A stretch of DNA of 36,523 bases, from NCBI GenBank assembly GCA_903939665.1, contig CAJAHZ010000314.1, forward strand, positions 1 through 36,523. The letters run 5' to 3'. The notes beneath the pieces are model-generated. The model did no database searches and was not told where the DNA came from. It saw only the letters and a program-made list of their open reading frames with translations. The DNA comes from an uncultured Pseudomonadota bacterium. Its GTDB lineage: Bacteria; Pseudomonadota; Gammaproteobacteria; Burkholderiales; Rhodocyclaceae. Position 1 is the first letter of the stretch. Each line of letters opens with the position of its first letter. A program made the translations under genes and the position numbers. Positions 36,111 through 36,523 of the stretch are shown here, piece by piece.

Positions 36111-36523
36111 TTAAACAACCAGCTTGCGCTGGGCGAAATAGGCGTAAAGGATTTCGAGACGCGACAGCGGATCCTGCAGTTCGAGCAATTTCTGCTTGGC
36201 AAGCGGTTGCACCGGCACCACTTCGCTCAGCCGGTAGCCGACCCAGGCGGCGTCATCAAAGGCATGCGGTTCGGGCATTTTTTCGGTGCCCAGATCACCG
36301 GCGATTTTCTGCAGCAGTGGCAACAACCCCTGCTGCGCTGCCGGCACTTCCTGGCGCATCGGCTCATTGAGTAACTCGACCTGTGCGCGCAACAAGCCAT
36401 CGGACTGTGTCGTTTGAGAGAGTATCCGGAAACGCCGCCCGCCACGCACCGCCAGCATCAGGATGCCGAGTTGCGGCATGTCGCCGCTGTCGATATGCGC
36501 CAGCGTACCGACCTTGTGCGGCA
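36111..36523 (-). CDS. Lon N-terminal (LON substrate-binding) domain protein; 5' end outside window
   Basis: The reading frame stays open to the window edge (…PHKVGTLAHIDSGDMPQLGILMLAVRGGRRFRI…), typical of stand-alone Lon-N domain proteins. Confidence 0.65.
   Translation of the reverse strand, partial: PHKVGTLAHIDSGDMPQLGILMLAVRGGRRFRILSQTTQSDGLLRAQVELLNEPMRQEVPAAQQGLLPLLQKIAGDLGTEKMPEPHAFDDAAWVGYRLSEVVPVQPLAKQKLLELQDPLSRLEILYAYFAQRKLVV

Noticed and set aside
1-36523. Search for CRISPR arrays, IS elements/transposases, integrases, prophage genes, toxin-antitoxin pairs or known defence-system signatures
   Set aside because: None was recognised on either strand. I saw no long-range nucleotide repeats beyond the paralogous cytochrome genes and the short motifs listed.

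Overview
36.5-kb, visibly GC-rich chromosomal segment. Gene content and order look betaproteobacterial, possibly Rhodocyclales-like; this is a guess from protein similarity and synteny, not a search. It is mostly core genome. Left part: two tandem paralogous c-type cytochrome genes (the first cut by the window edge), napF, a 947-aa ACP/fatty-acyl-AMP-ligase/acyltransferase fusion, and a His-rich ZIP metal transporter. These converge on a periplasmic nitrate reductase operon, napD-A-G-H-B (minus strand), which has no napC and a perfect FNR-type box upstream. Middle part: a tightly packed minus-strand string, yicC, CHASE2 class-III cyclase, FecR-like protein, gmk, rpoZ, spoT, dadA-like, enoyl-CoA hydratase, tatD-like. 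Divergent from yicC lie a Hanks kinase, a PP2C phosphatase, rph, rdgB and hemW. Right part: a secreted ankyrin-repeat protein divergent from an orphan TonB-like protein; trmB-thiG-thiS; a small orphan ORF; tRNA-Gly(CCC); a flavin reductase; purT-mutY. The last block (minus strand) is a Lon-N-domain protein (cut by the window edge), an MFS transporter, a REC-ANTAR response regulator, a long AT-richer leader, a PAS-GGDEF cyclase and a coupled STAS-like ORF. I saw no transposase, integrase, phage gene, CRISPR array, rRNA or recognisable defence system. No clear-cut new system is evident. The best candidates for undescribed biology are: (i) the ANTAR / leader / PAS-GGDEF / STAS-like cassette; (ii) the ACP-FAAL-PlsC fusion; (iii) the tandem EB_dh-like cytochromes beside a displaced napF; (iv) the two signalling modules inserted on either flank of yicC; (v) the ankyrin protein with a duplicated C-terminal motif. 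All functional calls rest on motif recognition by eye and need database confirmation.
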